NCBI GenBank assembly: GCA_963779615.1
Contig: CAVZZA010000001.1
Coordinates: 416,001-480,000 of the forward strand
Length of the DNA: 64,000 bases
Direction: 5' to 3'
DNA from: an uncultured Nitrososphaeraceae archaeon
Lineage (GTDB): Archaea > Thermoproteota > Nitrososphaeria > Nitrososphaerales > Nitrososphaeraceae
Below, piece after piece: positions 32,085 to 43,748 of this stretch. The notes under the pieces were generated by a model. The model did no database searches. It saw only the letters and a list, made by a program, of their open reading frames with translations, and was not told the DNA's origin. Positions within the stretch are counted from its first letter, which is position 1. Every line of letters begins with the position of its first letter. The translations under genes and the position numbers were made by a program.

Positions 32085-33038
32085 TTAAATAAAATTCATT
32101 AATGTAAGCTGTTTTTTATCATCGGTTGATTTGTTCGTTTCAATATACCTGCTTCCAACAAGATGGGGAAAATCAAAAGACATCCCTCTGCTGCTTACCG
32201 CTTCCTCTAGGTTTTCAAGTATGGTGTTTGAGTAAGCCTTGTCCACAGCAAGGTTATAGCCCTGCCTGATGGGTTCACTGAAATGGAAAAGCCTGCGGTA
32301 TTCTTTAATTTTGTCATCCATATCAAGCAGATTGAGAATAGTTTTCATTCTTTCCCATATGTCTGCCCTTAGCCTCAAAGCTGCACCAAATACGTGGTGA
32401 ACCCCTGCCCCAAGACAGTTGTCAAGTATGGATTCAATATCCTTTGGCGAATCTGTAACAAGTGGAATAATAGGATCTATATTAACAGCACAGCGAATTC
32501 CGGCATCACTGAACCTCTTTATTGCCTCAAACATTGCAGAGGCAGGAGGGGTTCCAGGCTCTATTTTTCGTCTAATGCCATCATCACAGGTTGTGATTGA
32601 CCATACAACAAAGCAATTATCTTTGTATTGTTCATGAAGTTCAAGGTCCCTTGATATTAGAGTTGATTTTGTAAACACATAGTAGGGAACACTGTATTTC
32701 TGCAAAACTTTAACGCATTTTCTTGTTAACTCAAACTTTAACTCTGCTGGTTGATACGCATCCGTGGCTGATGATATCATCACTGGGTCTATGGCCTTTG
32801 ATTTCCAGGCTTTCAGCTGATTTTCAAGGATTTCGGGCGCATTGCTTTTGGCGTATATTTTATCGTAGAATTCTGGTGACCATTCATATGTAGCGTAACA
32901 ATAACCACACCTGTGTTGGCATCCCTGGTACAAGTTTAAGGTATTACCTTTATGCCCCCTTACGGTAAAGGGATGAAGCACTGACTTGCTAATTTTGATG
33001 TCAAAGTTTGGTGCATTTTTGCTATACCACAGACTCAT
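32085..33038 (-). CDS. radical SAM protein, spore-photoproduct-lyase-like (Rv2578c family)
   Basis: NLYQGCQHRCGYCYA, SATDAYQPAE, RDL and IEPG motifs. Confidence 0.9.
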   Translation of the reverse strand: MSLWYSKNAPNFDIKISKSVLHPFTVRGHKGNTLNLYQGCQHRCGYCYATYEWSPEFYDKIYAKSNAPEILENQLKAWKSKAIDPVMISSATDAYQPAELKFELTRKCVKVLQKYSVPYYVFTKSTLISRDLELHEQYKDNCFVVWSITTCDDGIRRKIEPGTPPASAMFEAIKRFSDAGIRCAVNIDPIIPLVTDSPKDIESILDNCLGAGVHHVFGAALRLRADIWERMKTILNLLDMDDKIKEYRRLFHFSEPIRQGYNLAVDKAYSNTILENLEEAVSSRGMSFDFPHLVGSRYIETNKSTDDKKQLTLMNFI

Positions 33039-33595
33039 TGTAATATCTAGATAACATTAATCTGATAATTAATTCATACCATGAGTACAGGGCATGGATA
33101 CAGCACTAGCCATCATTATTAATATTATTATGATTATTGATTATGATGATGACTGTTCATTCTTTACCTCTCCCAAATTGTTGTATCCGATTATACTAAA
33201 TGCAAACTCTATCCGTATGCCACTTCTTTATTGTGCTATGATGCATATGCCTCTTCAGTGTCCGTATCCCACATAAATCAAAAACCATATGCCAGAGTTT
33301 CACGGCCATTGGACCCCGCATAATAAGACCATCATATGCAAATGACAGTAGTAGGTTTGTTCATGTCAACCAATGGATAATCGGGTTATTCAACAACGTG
33401 TGGAAATTTTGTTTTACGGATGGCAATTTGAGAGGGGGAGGGGGAGGGGGAAGGAATAAAGAAGCGCATAGGTTTGCCTGAGATGAGCTTTTGTCCCGAA
33501 TTTGATCCTTCTTGTTTTACGCAATGGCACAAGAGGATTTTCTGTAGGAAAAACCATACGAAAAAACTTTTAATCAATTGTAGTATAAAAAATAC

Positions 33596-34354
33596 ATGAA
33601 GTTAAAAGGAAAGGTAACTATTATTACAGGGGCCAGTGGTGGAATTGGAAAAACCACATCAAAAAAGTTACTTGAGGAGGGCAGTAAAGTTGTAATAGTT
33701 GGGAGAAACAAAAACAAGTTAAAAAGGGCTGCAGAAGAGCTGGATGATGATAATAACGTATTATCCATAACGTCAGATGTTTCTCATGAATCTGAGGTGT
33801 TAAATGTTGTGGAGCAAACCCTATCTGCGTTTGATAAGATAGATATCCTGATAAATTGCGCGGCAATAATCAATGACCCTGCACCTTTTCATTTAATGAC
33901 GGAGGATCAATGGACAGACCTGATAAACGTGAATTTAAAGGGAACATTTCAGCCCATCAAAGCTGTGATTCCAATTATGATTGAGCAGAACTCTGGCAAC
34001 ATAATAAACATTTCATCATTGCTAGGCATGAGAGCAATACCAAATGTCCCATTCTCGGTTTATGGGGTTACAAAGGCAGGGATAATCATGCTGACAAAAA
34101 ACATAGCCTTGGAATACGGGCAATACAACATAAGGTGCAATTGTGTTGCACCCTCAACAATACGAAGCCCATTGCTTGAGCCCTATCTCCAGGATGAGGG
34201 TGCGAAAAAGGTTTTAGAATCATCGTTTCCACTAAAGAGAATTGGTGAGCCGGAGGATGTCACTAATGCCGTATTATTTTTGTGTACTGAAGAGTCAAAA
34301 TGGATAACAGGTACGGTAATTAAGGTGGATGGAGGAATTTCAGCAAGATTATAA
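33596..34354 (+). CDS. short-chain dehydrogenase/reductase
   Basis: TGASGGIG, NISS and YGVTK motifs. Confidence 0.95.
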   Translation: MKLKGKVTIITGASGGIGKTTSKKLLEEGSKVVIVGRNKNKLKRAAEELDDDNNVLSITSDVSHESEVLNVVEQTLSAFDKIDILINCAAIINDPAPFHLMTEDQWTDLINVNLKGTFQPIKAVIPIMIEQNSGNIINISSLLGMRAIPNVPFSVYGVTKAGIIMLTKNIALEYGQYNIRCNCVAPSTIRSPLLEPYLQDEGAKKVLESSFPLKRIGEPEDVTNAVLFLCTEESKWITGTVIKVDGGISARL

Positions 34355-34597
34355 CAAATATCAAAAGAATAAAAATAGGAATGAGGCTAAAACCACACAT
34401 TCAAATTAAAAACCTATAAATATATTCTAATTTTTCTGTTGTTTCTATTTTTTTTCTTTCTGCTGTATTTTTTTAGGTTTGCTAACACAGGTAAATGAAC
34501 TATCAGGATGGAAAAACGGCGGGAGGAAACCAAATTCATTTCTTAACATCACCCAATAACTCAAAAATTTAAAAATAAATTCCCTGTGATCAAAATC

Positions 34598-35626
34598 ATG
34601 GGATTAAACCTAAAACCACTGATTACCTCAAAGCCTATAAAAGTTTCAGAGCTAAACGGAAAAACGGTAGCAGTAGACGCATTTAATGTGATATACCAGT
34701 TTTTGGCAACAATCAGGGGACCGTCCGGTGAGCCATTGGCGAACAATCAAGGCCAACCCACCAGCCACTTGAGTGGTCTGTTTTATAGAAACATAAATTT
34801 GATGTGCGAGGGAATAAAACTAATCTATATTTTTGATGGGTATCCCAGTGAGTTAAAAACAGGCGAGATCGAGAGAAGGAGAAAAATAAAACAGGAAACA
34901 ACAGAAAAATACAATTTGGCATTGATTGAGGGCAGGTTGGATGACGCCAAAAAATATGGCCAGGGAACCTCAATTCTAACCTCCGATATAATCGGTGAAT
35001 CTAAAACCATTTTATCCTTGATGGGTATCCCCTTTATAGAAGCGCCATCTGAGGGGGAGTCAACAGCTGCCCATTTATCACAAAGGGAAATAGTTCATGC
35101 TTGTGTTAGCCAGGACTATGACTCCATTCTGTTTGGGGCCAAAAGGCTAATCAGGAATTTGACAATCAGTGGAAAAAGGAAAATCCCCAACAGAAACGCA
35201 TACGTAGACGTAGAGCCAGAACTGATAGAGTCTGAAGAGGTGTTAAGAAAAAACAACCTGACGCAAAGACAATTAATCGATCTTGGCATTCTAATCGGAA
35301 CGGACTTTAACATAAACGGTTTTAACGGGATTGGCCCTAAAACCGCACTAAAACTGATTCAAAAGCACAAGAGATTGGAGGATATTGACAAGATAAAAGA
35401 CGAGCTTTTGGACACACCATATAGCGAGATAAGGGAAATATTCCTGAATCCAGATGTAACCAAGATAGAAAATATTGACATTCAATTTAAGGAATTAGAC
35501 AAGGAGAAGATTATGAGTTTTTTGTGCGATGAAAAAAACTTTTCTGTTGAAAGGGTGAATAACACCATAGAGAAACTAAATAAGACCATGTTTAAAAAAA
35601 GCCAGTCGCTAGAAAAATGGTTTTGA
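34598..35626 (+). CDS. fen: flap endonuclease-1
   Basis: AVDAFN.IYQFL, APSEGE, SQDYD, GTDFN and C-terminal PIP box QSLEKWF. Confidence 0.97.
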   Translation: MGLNLKPLITSKPIKVSELNGKTVAVDAFNVIYQFLATIRGPSGEPLANNQGQPTSHLSGLFYRNINLMCEGIKLIYIFDGYPSELKTGEIERRRKIKQETTEKYNLALIEGRLDDAKKYGQGTSILTSDIIGESKTILSLMGIPFIEAPSEGESTAAHLSQREIVHACVSQDYDSILFGAKRLIRNLTISGKRKIPNRNAYVDVEPELIESEEVLRKNNLTQRQLIDLGILIGTDFNINGFNGIGPKTALKLIQKHKRLEDIDKIKDELLDTPYSEIREIFLNPDVTKIENIDIQFKELDKEKIMSFLCDEKNFSVERVNNTIEKLNKTMFKKSQSLEKWF

Positions 35627-35678
35627 GGCAAAATATTTGTCTATTTATTTCTCTCTGCAGACGGGCCGCCATCGCCAT

Positions 35679-35720
35679 CATAATAATAATCATAATCATA
35701 ATCATAATCATAATCATAAT
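35679..35720. repeat. (CATAAT)n microsatellite between fen and thyX
   Basis: Five consecutive CATAAT units overlapping the thyX stop codon. Confidence 0.85.
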
Positions 35721-37360
35721 AATTTGGATTTCCTCAGGGCGCTTTTTCTTTCAGACTTAAACCTCCCCAGCTCATAGTCATTCATATCAACAAACTTTAT
35801 TCCTTCAGAGATAACAGGATTGACCTTTTTTATCAAAGCGTACATTTGCTGACAAACACGTCTGTAATCAGGATGGCCTTGTGGGGTTGTTCTAAGTTCA
35901 ATCATATGGCACGCCTCACGAAGGTTCATCTTGATGAAGTATGGGTATCTATAAGCAAAGTTTACCACATACTGGGCCTCAACTGGCATTTTTAGCGACA
36001 TTGATTTGTAGGCGTCATTGCTAACATACATGCAATCGTTGTAGTCTTTTTCCATACCAGACTCTGTTACCTCTTTGGGAGTATCGTATCCATACGATGT
36101 TGACAATAATTGCCTGCTAATGGTTAAAAGTCTATGCCTGTGAAGGTCCCTGAACGTTCCATAGTTGGTCAGCAACTCGAATGAGTACTCGATTGATTCA
36201 AAAGCCCGCCCCGGTCTGTGCCTTCTGTTTTGCCTAAATTGAGTATAAAGTCTGATTATCTCATGCCTTTTTTCATCAGGCAAGGTTTTTGCGTAATTCA
36301 GTAGAAAAGCCATGGAGGTGTCTTTGCAATGTTCATGTAAAATTGATGAAACCAGCCTTATCTCTGCATCTTCATTTGGGACATGGGAGAGAATGGCTGC
36401 AGAATCCAGGTTTACAGTGGGATGATTTTCTTTTGGCAGTATCTCCGAATCCACAAACTGGTGTATGGAATCTTTTGTTTTCGCCAAATAGTCTTTATAA
36501 AGTGAACTATACATGTTGTCTTTTGAGCGCCTGATAAACGGCTTGACATATTTTTCCAGCTCTCCAAATAAATGATTCCCTACATCTTGCAGTTCCGACA
36601 GATCGGATGAAAACATATTGAATAACAGGTATTCAAATGCTCTCCCATTTCCGCTAATTGCAAGATTGGTGAGGGTTGACGATGGAAGAAGGTTTCTCAA
36701 TATGTCTAATGTTTTGGCCTTTACTGTTGACGCATAAATTTTTTTGGCATTTTCTATGTCGGTTGGGCTTTTTAAATTGTCAAAAGTGCTCTCTTTTTGG
36801 GTATCAGAATCATCAAAATAAAGATCATTTATAGGCGTTTTTTCCTTGAGATAATTTTGCATTGGTATGATGTTCTTTGAATAGAGTTCAAATGCAAGGT
36901 CACAGGAGTGGATGTATTTATCTGCAGAGGAAGAACTCAAAATCTTTTTATCCATATAGTACTTGTAGTTACCATTGATTTTTTTGTCAAAGGCAACATA
37001 ACGGGAAGACTTTTCCAAAAAGGAAAAACCAATTCTATGGTCCTCAATTTTCTGGGCAGAAATATTGGAAACCCATTCTAAAGCGCATTGAGCTGTTCCC
37101 AACTCAGCAACAGAATCATCACCATAGTCCAGTAAAACCTTATTGTAAAACTCTGTTCCTCTATTAGGATTAGACAGGAATTCATCGATGAAAACCCGCC
37201 GCATCGTTTTGTCAGTCCTGGAATACCTGGACATTAATGCCCCACGGTCAACCTGGTTTGGAGTAATAATCACAAATACGGGTTTGTCAAAATTGGAAAA
37301 ATGAGATTCCAGCTTTTGCTTTTCATCATGGTTAAAGTTTTCCTGGTACATGTTCCCCAT
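35714..37360 (-). CDS. thyX: FAD-dependent thymidylate synthase (tandem-domain type)
   Basis: [31 protein letters not shown] and ELRT.PQGH.DYR motifs; start reassigned to MGNMY. Confidence 0.92.
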   Translation of the reverse strand: MGNMYQENFNHDEKQKLESHFSNFDKPVFVIITPNQVDRGALMSRYSRTDKTMRRVFIDEFLSNPNRGTEFYNKVLLDYGDDSVAELGTAQCALEWVSNISAQKIEDHRIGFSFLEKSSRYVAFDKKINGNYKYYMDKKILSSSSADKYIHSCDLAFELYSKNIIPMQNYLKEKTPINDLYFDDSDTQKESTFDNLKSPTDIENAKKIYASTVKAKTLDILRNLLPSSTLTNLAISGNGRAFEYLLFNMFSSDLSELQDVGNHLFGELEKYVKPFIRRSKDNMYSSLYKDYLAKTKDSIHQFVDSEILPKENHPTVNLDSAAILSHVPNEDAEIRLVSSILHEHCKDTSMAFLLNYAKTLPDEKRHEIIRLYTQFRQNRRHRPGRAFESIEYSFELLTNYGTFRDLHRHRLLTISRQLLSTSYGYDTPKEVTESGMEKDYNDCMYVSNDAYKSMSLKMPVEAQYVVNFAYRYPYFIKMNLREACHMIELRTTPQGHPDYRRVCQQMYALIKKVNPVISEGIKFVDMNDYELGRFKSERKSALRKSKLL

Positions 37361-37684
37361 AAGATTTCTACTGGATGTTAGTCTATAGCTCAAGGTATAT
37401 TTTTCTTTTTTATGGGGATCTTTATCTTTTCTTATTGAAAAGGGAGAGGGGAAAAACGTTACAGGAGGCGACAAATAATGCATATGCTAATGGGGGGCCA
37501 TATGCTGTAATGTATTGCCGGTTAGGCGTTATTTTTGTGTTGGGGGTGGGCGGAGGGACAGAAAGACAAACACACGGTTGTAAAATTGAGTTAACTCCAG
37601 ATGATTGCTAGCTAAACAATTATTATGAATTAATTAATTTTTGTTCACACAGTGAGCATTATACTAGCGTAGAAATGAAAACCC

Positions 37685-38569
37685 ATGAGCGAATTGAAGC
37701 TCGAATTTGTGGGTAAAAAGGTTAAGGACATGTATGGAACGTACATAGGAAAGGTTGTAGGGATTATGACTGATATTGAAGGGGCTACAGAATCAGTTGG
37801 TGTTGACTGTGGAGCTGGCGGCATAAAAAATTTACCCTATGAACAGCTTTTGGTTCAAGGAGACTATGTTATTTTCATTCCAAGATGGAGACTCGATGCC
37901 CAAAAACTTTTAAGGGAAAAATCTTTGACATTAAAAAGAATAAAGGCGTTACAGGAGATTGTTGCTGACAACGATAACATGAAAGATGACGCAGAATTAG
38001 TTCATTTAAAATATGAAAAAAGACTTGACAGTTTGAGTGAAAACACCAAAGAGATAGTCGACAAGCTGCTCCAGAGGATATCGGAACTAGACTTGGAATC
38101 CAAAAGGGTAAGAATGGTGTTGTTTGATGCGAAATTACAATACAAAAGCAACGAAATAACAGAGGACTTGTACCAGCAAATCAGCATGAACACAAACGAA
38201 CTATTGGATCATGTAAACCTGGAAAAAACGGAAATCAACAATATAATGAACAAATTAACCCAGCATACGGTAGAAAACACAGTTGCATCAAACAATGAAA
38301 CTCCAAGGGAAATCCAGATGGATGATAAAGAAGCACTTGAAAATGGCCAGATGCACGGGGGGGAGCAGCAGCAGCAGCAGCACGAAGAGGAGCTAAACAA
38401 CAGGTTTAACCAAAACCAAGATGTGGAGGAAGACATAGAAATCAAAAAGGAGGTAGAGGAGTCCATTCAGGAAATTTCTGGCATCAATGGAAATCAAAAC
38501 GAGGGTGAAAACAATATAGAACAGGAAGGTGGGGAAATCAGAACTGTGATTACACCAACCAACCAATAG
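37685..38569 (+). CDS. cdvA: cell division protein CdvA
   Basis: PRC-barrel start GKKVKDMYG..IGKVVG followed by a coiled coil; acidic Q/E-rich tail. Confidence 0.88.
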   Translation: MSELKLEFVGKKVKDMYGTYIGKVVGIMTDIEGATESVGVDCGAGGIKNLPYEQLLVQGDYVIFIPRWRLDAQKLLREKSLTLKRIKALQEIVADNDNMKDDAELVHLKYEKRLDSLSENTKEIVDKLLQRISELDLESKRVRMVLFDAKLQYKSNEITEDLYQQISMNTNELLDHVNLEKTEINNIMNKLTQHTVENTVASNNETPREIQMDDKEALENGQMHGGEQQQQQHEEELNNRFNQNQDVEEDIEIKKEVEESIQEISGINGNQNEGENNIEQEGGEIRTVITPTNQ

Positions 38570-38817
38570 TCAGCAAGAAAAAAGAAAAAACAGCAACACA
38601 ACAAACGCTTTTATTAATTAAGCATTTTAATGTTTTATGTTTTTGTGAACAAGTAGTTGAGGGCTACATAGAGAGTGTGTATGTGTGTATGCAGAGAGTA
38701 GTTAACGAATTAACAAGGGTATTGTTTTTTTTTTGAAATTAATCTCTTTTTTTTGTAGCAGTGACAGCAAACATGAATGATTTAATTTGAATCAGGGTAT
38801 AAAAAAAGAATATATAA

Positions 38818-39075
38818 TTATTCTTGTTTTTGTGTGCTCAAAAGCTCGCCTATTTGATTATGCATTTTCAGAAAGTTTAATCCTTTTTCTGTTGTCTTGT
38901 ATGTCTGTGATCCTTCTATATATTCAATTAAATTATTTTCAATTAAAACAGATAAATATTCACGTAATTGGGCATAACTTAGAAATGCTTTGTACATGAT
39001 TTTTGTCTTTGTAGCACCGCCATTGGCTGCATCAAGGATCATTGCTACTATCTCCGTTCTACTTCTATACTTCAC
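38818..39075 (-). CDS. winged-helix transcriptional regulator (HTH_45/DUF4364-like)
   Basis: KYRSRTEI..ILDAANGGATKTKIMY...TTEKG; GTG start. Confidence 0.9.
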   Translation of the reverse strand: MKYRSRTEIVAMILDAANGGATKTKIMYKAFLSYAQLREYLSVLIENNLIEYIEGSQTYKTTEKGLNFLKMHNQIGELLSTQKQE

Positions 39076-39199
39076 ACTTTATTTTCGTTCTTCCTGTTTA
39101 TTTTAATTTATTGCTACAATCAAATATAAGATTCATATCTATTTTTATTATATAATCATTAAAAAAGCATTTAAGTAAATAACATTCCTACCAACTTTC

Positions 39200-41122
39200 A
39201 TGATTAACAGCTTAAGCGAAGTGGATAAAACGATTTCGCTCGAGGGGAATAAAATTGAGAAGATAAAAAATGAGGCCTTAAACAACCCTGAAAAATTCTG
39301 GGCGGAATGTGCAAATAACTTGGTATGGTTTAAACAATGGGATAAAACATTAGACTGGAACACTCCTTTCGCAAAATGGTTTCAGGGGGGAAAGATAAAT
39401 GCTGCGTATAATTGTCTTGACAGGCACCTAAAAACTGAAATAAAAAATAAAGCGGCCATTATTTGGGAGGGAGAGAATGGGGAATCGGTTACTTTAACAT
39501 TCAATCAGATGTGCTATAAAGTAAATCAATTGGCCAATGCTTTAAAAAAAATTGGCATTGGAAGGGGAGATCGGGTTACCATCTACCTTCCGATGATACC
39601 TGAACTGCCTATCTCAATGCTTGCTTGTGCAAGAATAGGGGCAATCCATTCTGTGGTTTTTTCAGGGTTTAGTTCCCAATCAATAGCCGATAGGGCAAAT
39701 GATTCTGGATCCAAAGTAATAATCACAGCAGATGGTGGTTTTAGAAGGGGAAAAATAATTCCGTTGAAAAACATAATTGATGAGGCAATAGGCAAAATTC
39801 CTTCTGTTGAAAAAGTGATAGTAGTCAAAAGAACAAATAAGGAAATAACAATGGGTGAGAAGGACCTTTGGTTTGAAGATATAATCAACAAGGAATCCAC
39901 TTTCTGCGAATCAGAATGGATGGAAAGTTCTGACCCACTGTATATTTTGTACACATCAGGAACCACAGGAAAACCAAAGGGGGTTATTCATGGCACGGGA
40001 GGGTACCTGACACATTTGTACAACTCAGCAAAATGGGTTTTTAACTTCGCAGCAACAGATATTTTCTTTTGTACGGCCGACATAGGGTGGGTAACCGGAC
40101 ACAGTTACATCGTTTATGCGCCGTTAATGCATGGAGTGACAGAGATAATGTATGAGGGGGCACCAGATTTCCCCGATCAGGGAAGGTACTGGAGAATAGT
40201 AGAAAAATATGGCGCAACTATTCTTTACACAACACCCACAGCTTTAAGGGCATACATGAGACATGGAGACGAGGTCCCTAATTCCTGCAATCTGTCTACT
40301 TTACGCCTATTAGGCACAGTTGGAGAACCCATAAACCCAGAAGTTTGGATTTGGTACTTTAACGTCATTGGGAAAAAAAACTGCCCCATTGTTGATACGT
40401 GGTGGCAAACCGAAACCGGCGGCATAATGATCAGTATGTGCAGCGGAATAGAGAACATCAAAATGAAACCAGGATCAGGAACTTTTTCACTACCAGGCAT
40501 AGAAGCAGAGATAGTGGATGAGAACGGTGAAAAAATCGAGAACGGGAAAAAGGGATACCTAACCATTAGAAAGCCATGGCCTGGAATGCTCATATCGTTA
40601 TGGAATAATGAAGACAGGTACAAGAAGGCATATTGGGAAAAGGTACCCAACCGTTATTTTGCAGGGGACTTTGCTGTTATAGATAAAGACAACTACATTT
40701 GGGTGCTGGGAAGGTCTGATGATATTTTAAAGGTCGCCGGACACAGAATGGGAACAATAGAAATAGAAAGCGCACTAATATCCCACAAGGCAGTAGCAGA
40801 GTCCGCAGTTACCAGTAAAAGTGATGAGATAAAGGGGGAGTCAATAATAGCATTTTTGGTACTCAAGTCAGGATTTGTTCCCTCTGAGCGACTGAATAAA
40901 GAAATGAATGAGCATATAAGAAACACCATAGGCCCAATTGCTATTGCCGAAAAAATTTATTTTGTGAATAAACTACCTAAAACAAGGAGTGGCAAAATAA
41001 TGAGGAGGCTTTTGAGATCGATTGTAAACAAGGAAACCATTGGGGACATAACAACCTTGGAGGATGAGGCTTCAGTAGAGGAAATACTTCATGAAATAAA
41101 TGAGATAAACAAGCATATTTAA
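39200..41122 (+). CDS. acs: acetate--CoA ligase (AMP-forming)
   Basis: YTSGTTGKPKG, DTWWQTETGG and PKTRSGKIMRR motifs. Confidence 0.95.
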   Translation: MINSLSEVDKTISLEGNKIEKIKNEALNNPEKFWAECANNLVWFKQWDKTLDWNTPFAKWFQGGKINAAYNCLDRHLKTEIKNKAAIIWEGENGESVTLTFNQMCYKVNQLANALKKIGIGRGDRVTIYLPMIPELPISMLACARIGAIHSVVFSGFSSQSIADRANDSGSKVIITADGGFRRGKIIPLKNIIDEAIGKIPSVEKVIVVKRTNKEITMGEKDLWFEDIINKESTFCESEWMESSDPLYILYTSGTTGKPKGVIHGTGGYLTHLYNSAKWVFNFAATDIFFCTADIGWVTGHSYIVYAPLMHGVTEIMYEGAPDFPDQGRYWRIVEKYGATILYTTPTALRAYMRHGDEVPNSCNLSTLRLLGTVGEPINPEVWIWYFNVIGKKNCPIVDTWWQTETGGIMISMCSGIENIKMKPGSGTFSLPGIEAEIVDENGEKIENGKKGYLTIRKPWPGMLISLWNNEDRYKKAYWEKVPNRYFAGDFAVIDKDNYIWVLGRSDDILKVAGHRMGTIEIESALISHKAVAESAVTSKSDEIKGESIIAFLVLKSGFVPSERLNKEMNEHIRNTIGPIAIAEKIYFVNKLPKTRSGKIMRRLLRSIVNKETIGDITTLEDEASVEEILHEINEINKHI

Positions 41123-41156
41123 TGCATTTAAGGCATTTATTTATTATTTTATGGAA

Positions 41157-41654
41157 TCATATAGAAAGTATGTCTATTTTGGAGTTGAAAGTTACGTTGT
41201 TTTGCTGAATGAAGCCTGAAGAGGCAGCTAAAATGAATTTTGACGGTTTTGTGCTCTTAAACGTACATGTGGATGGATCCAGAATATTATTGCAGGGATT
41301 CGCGTTTTTCACAGCATAAACAAGGCTCCCCTGTTGGTCAAACCACAGCAAATCCAGCGGATACCTGATATTCAACAACCAGGCGGAATACAGGTCAGGT
41401 TTGTCGTAAACCAACAACATTCCGGAATTTGGTTCCAATTTTTCATATCTGAACATTAACCATCTTTGCCTTTCACTATCCGAATCGGCTACCTCAACAT
41501 TCATAATCTTTTCATCGATTTTTATTGTTCCTACCGAAAAATCAAGGTTTCTGTTTTTGATATCTAGTGGGACAAACATCATTCCCAAAACCCCTATTAT
41601 TATGGAGGAAATAATCACAGGAACAAGGAGAGTTATTTTTTTTACCATGTCCAA
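41157..41654 (-). CDS. DUF192 family protein
   Basis: N-terminal TM; VEVAD...R...LMFR...GML, PLDLLW motifs. Confidence 0.88.
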   Translation of the reverse strand: MDMVKKITLLVPVIISSIIIGVLGMMFVPLDIKNRNLDFSVGTIKIDEKIMNVEVADSDSERQRWLMFRYEKLEPNSGMLLVYDKPDLYSAWLLNIRYPLDLLWFDQQGSLVYAVKNANPCNNILDPSTCTFKSTKPSKFILAASSGFIQQNNVTFNSKIDILSI

Positions 41655-41747
41655 TCACACATTAAAAGCAAACCATTTCAATAATAGTCATTATTCAATA
41701 AGGCTATTCAAAATAAAAACTAAATGTAGATAAATATATTTAGGAGA

Positions 41748-41843
41748 TTACACCTGGGATTCTCCACAAGCTGGACACAGTTTAGTGGTTTTACACATTT
41801 TTGAACCGCACTCAATACAATATCTAATTTCATTTTTGCTCAT
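41748..41843 (-). CDS. zinc-ribbon microprotein (31 aa)
   Basis: Manual translation MSKNEIRYCIECGSKMCKTTKLCPACGESQV*; two CxxCG knuckles; same strand as its neighbours. Confidence 0.7.
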   Translation of the reverse strand: MSKNEIRYCIECGSKMCKTTKLCPACGESQV

Positions 41844-41898
41844 TCACCAATAGATATCATTTACTTCTAATATATTATTTACATTGGAAATAAACCGA

Positions 41899-42633
41899 CT
41901 AGGGTTGGGGGAAATCCAAATAGGTTTGACGTATGTTTTGATCTATCACCATTACGGACAAATCACTGAACTTTTTATTTTCCAATGTATCCATTTTTCC
42001 TTGGTACAAAGTCTCTTTTTCAATATTAGTCAGGTTTTCGAAAACCCATACATCGATTTTTGAGGTGTCCAATCCATTTTTTTTTAAAAATAATGATATG
42101 TCAGAAGGCATAAAATTCTTGGAAGGAATCGATGGCCATGGCCGGGGCACCAATATTACGCTTTTTTTATCCACCACAGATTTTATTAGCTCTAATTTTT
42201 TCTCCTCGATATCTCCTGTGACATGGAATGTCATGATTGTTGCCTTATCCAATGGCACCCGGGACCTTGCGGAAGCAATTTGGATAGAACTAACACCAGG
42301 AACTATTTCCACGTTGTCATCTCCATAAATTTCTAATAGCCTGTCAACTACCTCCGACTCGGAAAAATTTACATCGCCAGTGAATGGGACAGTGCATATG
42401 TCATTATCTTTCATCAGATTATTAAACACATGCAGATAGATTTCCTCCTGGTTTTTCATTGTTACCTCAAAAACCTGCTGTAAAGACCTATCAACAATAT
42501 GGGCGATCGTAAGCAACGTGTATTTATACCCTATAACAAAATTAGAATTCTTAATTATTTCTTGTGAATAATCAGTGAGGTATTTTTTTGATCCTGGGCC
42601 TACACCTATAACAAATAACTTTTTTTTTGTCAA
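41899..42633 (-). CDS. cbiE: precorrin-6Y C5-methyltransferase CbiE
   Basis: VIGVGPG, TGD, IVPGVSSIQ, VFENLT and FSDLSVMVI motifs. Confidence 0.85.
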   Translation of the reverse strand: MTKKKLFVIGVGPGSKKYLTDYSQEIIKNSNFVIGYKYTLLTIAHIVDRSLQQVFEVTMKNQEEIYLHVFNNLMKDNDICTVPFTGDVNFSESEVVDRLLEIYGDDNVEIVPGVSSIQIASARSRVPLDKATIMTFHVTGDIEEKKLELIKSVVDKKSVILVPRPWPSIPSKNFMPSDISLFLKKNGLDTSKIDVWVFENLTNIEKETLYQGKMDTLENKKFSDLSVMVIDQNIRQTYLDFPQP

Positions 42634-42773
42634 ATTCTAACTAATCAAAATGAAAACGGTATTTAAATTCTGAGTTCTAATCTCTAAATTTTATACACTA
42701 AATGATATTTTTTTATAAAATTATAGTTTTGGATGGATATGGATAGAAAATAAAAAAAAATAATTGGATGAGC

Positions 42774-43067
42774 TTAGCCCTCTTCCCAGCCTTTTGTAAA
42801 TACGGCGTTTTTCTTTAATGGAATGGGTTGTCCTGGAGTATATTCCATTGGTCTCATCCAGAAAATTGCTTTTGTTGGACAAACACCAATACAGGCACCA
42901 TCAGAAATACATCGCTCTGGATAAAAGACAAATGCTTTGCCTCTTTTCCAACCTTCAACAGGTTTTACTCTCAATACATCTGGACCAAGAGCTGTACAAA
43001 TTTCTACACATAAAGCACATCCTATACAATGTTGTTCACTAATATCTGGAAGTATTGCAACTGGCAT
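42774..43067 (-). CDS. 4Fe-4S dicluster ferredoxin
   Basis: CIGCALCVEIC and CISDGACIGVCP. Confidence 0.93.
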   Translation of the reverse strand: MPVAILPDISEQHCIGCALCVEICTALGPDVLRVKPVEGWKRGKAFVFYPERCISDGACIGVCPTKAIFWMRPMEYTPGQPIPLKKNAVFTKGWEEG

Positions 43068-43141
43068 CTAATTCACTGAGGATAACTTTTCATTAAAACT
43101 ATTTAAACCCTATGGCATTTTATAACGTTGATATAAAGATG

Positions 43142-43666
43142 CTATATCGGTTTTTTTGGGATGTTTCCTATCATATTCCATTCAATCAACGCGCCAATAA
43201 ATAACATACTGATCACCAAACCAATTTCAACCAATAAATACACTATTGATTTTTTGGATATTCTCCTTTTCGAAATTTCATAAAGAAAAATACCCCCCCT
43301 GGAAAGTGCTATGCCATATGACATTAACTCTAAAATCCCAAAGGGTGTCAGAAAAACTATTAATGGATTGGGGTATTGTACATTTGACAAATTCGTTATT
43401 GAATTAAAAATCAACCCTGTAGAAAATGCAGAAAAGCTGCCTATAACGATACCTATTATAGGAATAAACATGGCTAAAGCTATTTTAAGATTATTTAAAA
43501 AGATACCAGTTTCGTTGATGCCTTGTATTTGCTCAATAAAGTTCTTGGATAACTCTTCAGAAAATGATTTGTCTATTTTGATTGAGAATCCCAATTGAAA
43601 AAGACCTAGGAAAAAGAACATAGCGATAAAGAAAAAGAATAACCTTTGTTTAAAGTCAAATAACAT
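43142..43666 (-). CDS. SpoIIM-like membrane protein
   Basis: IFLNNL, PFGILEL and GALIE motifs. Confidence 0.8.
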   Translation of the reverse strand: MLFDFKQRLFFFFIAMFFFLGLFQLGFSIKIDKSFSEELSKNFIEQIQGINETGIFLNNLKIALAMFIPIIGIVIGSFSAFSTGLIFNSITNLSNVQYPNPLIVFLTPFGILELMSYGIALSRGGIFLYEISKRRISKKSIVYLLVEIGLVISMLFIGALIEWNMIGNIPKKPI

Positions 43667-43748
43667 TTAAACATAGGTGTTTTTTATCGGTATAAAAATT
43701 TGTCATTATAAAGATTTAAAAAATATCCCTTAAAAGTACAAGTGACTA

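Noticed and set aside
33432-33450. G-run tracts (also ~29478 and ~44696) as G-quadruplexes
   Set aside because: Only three clear runs or simple slippage tracts; no independent support
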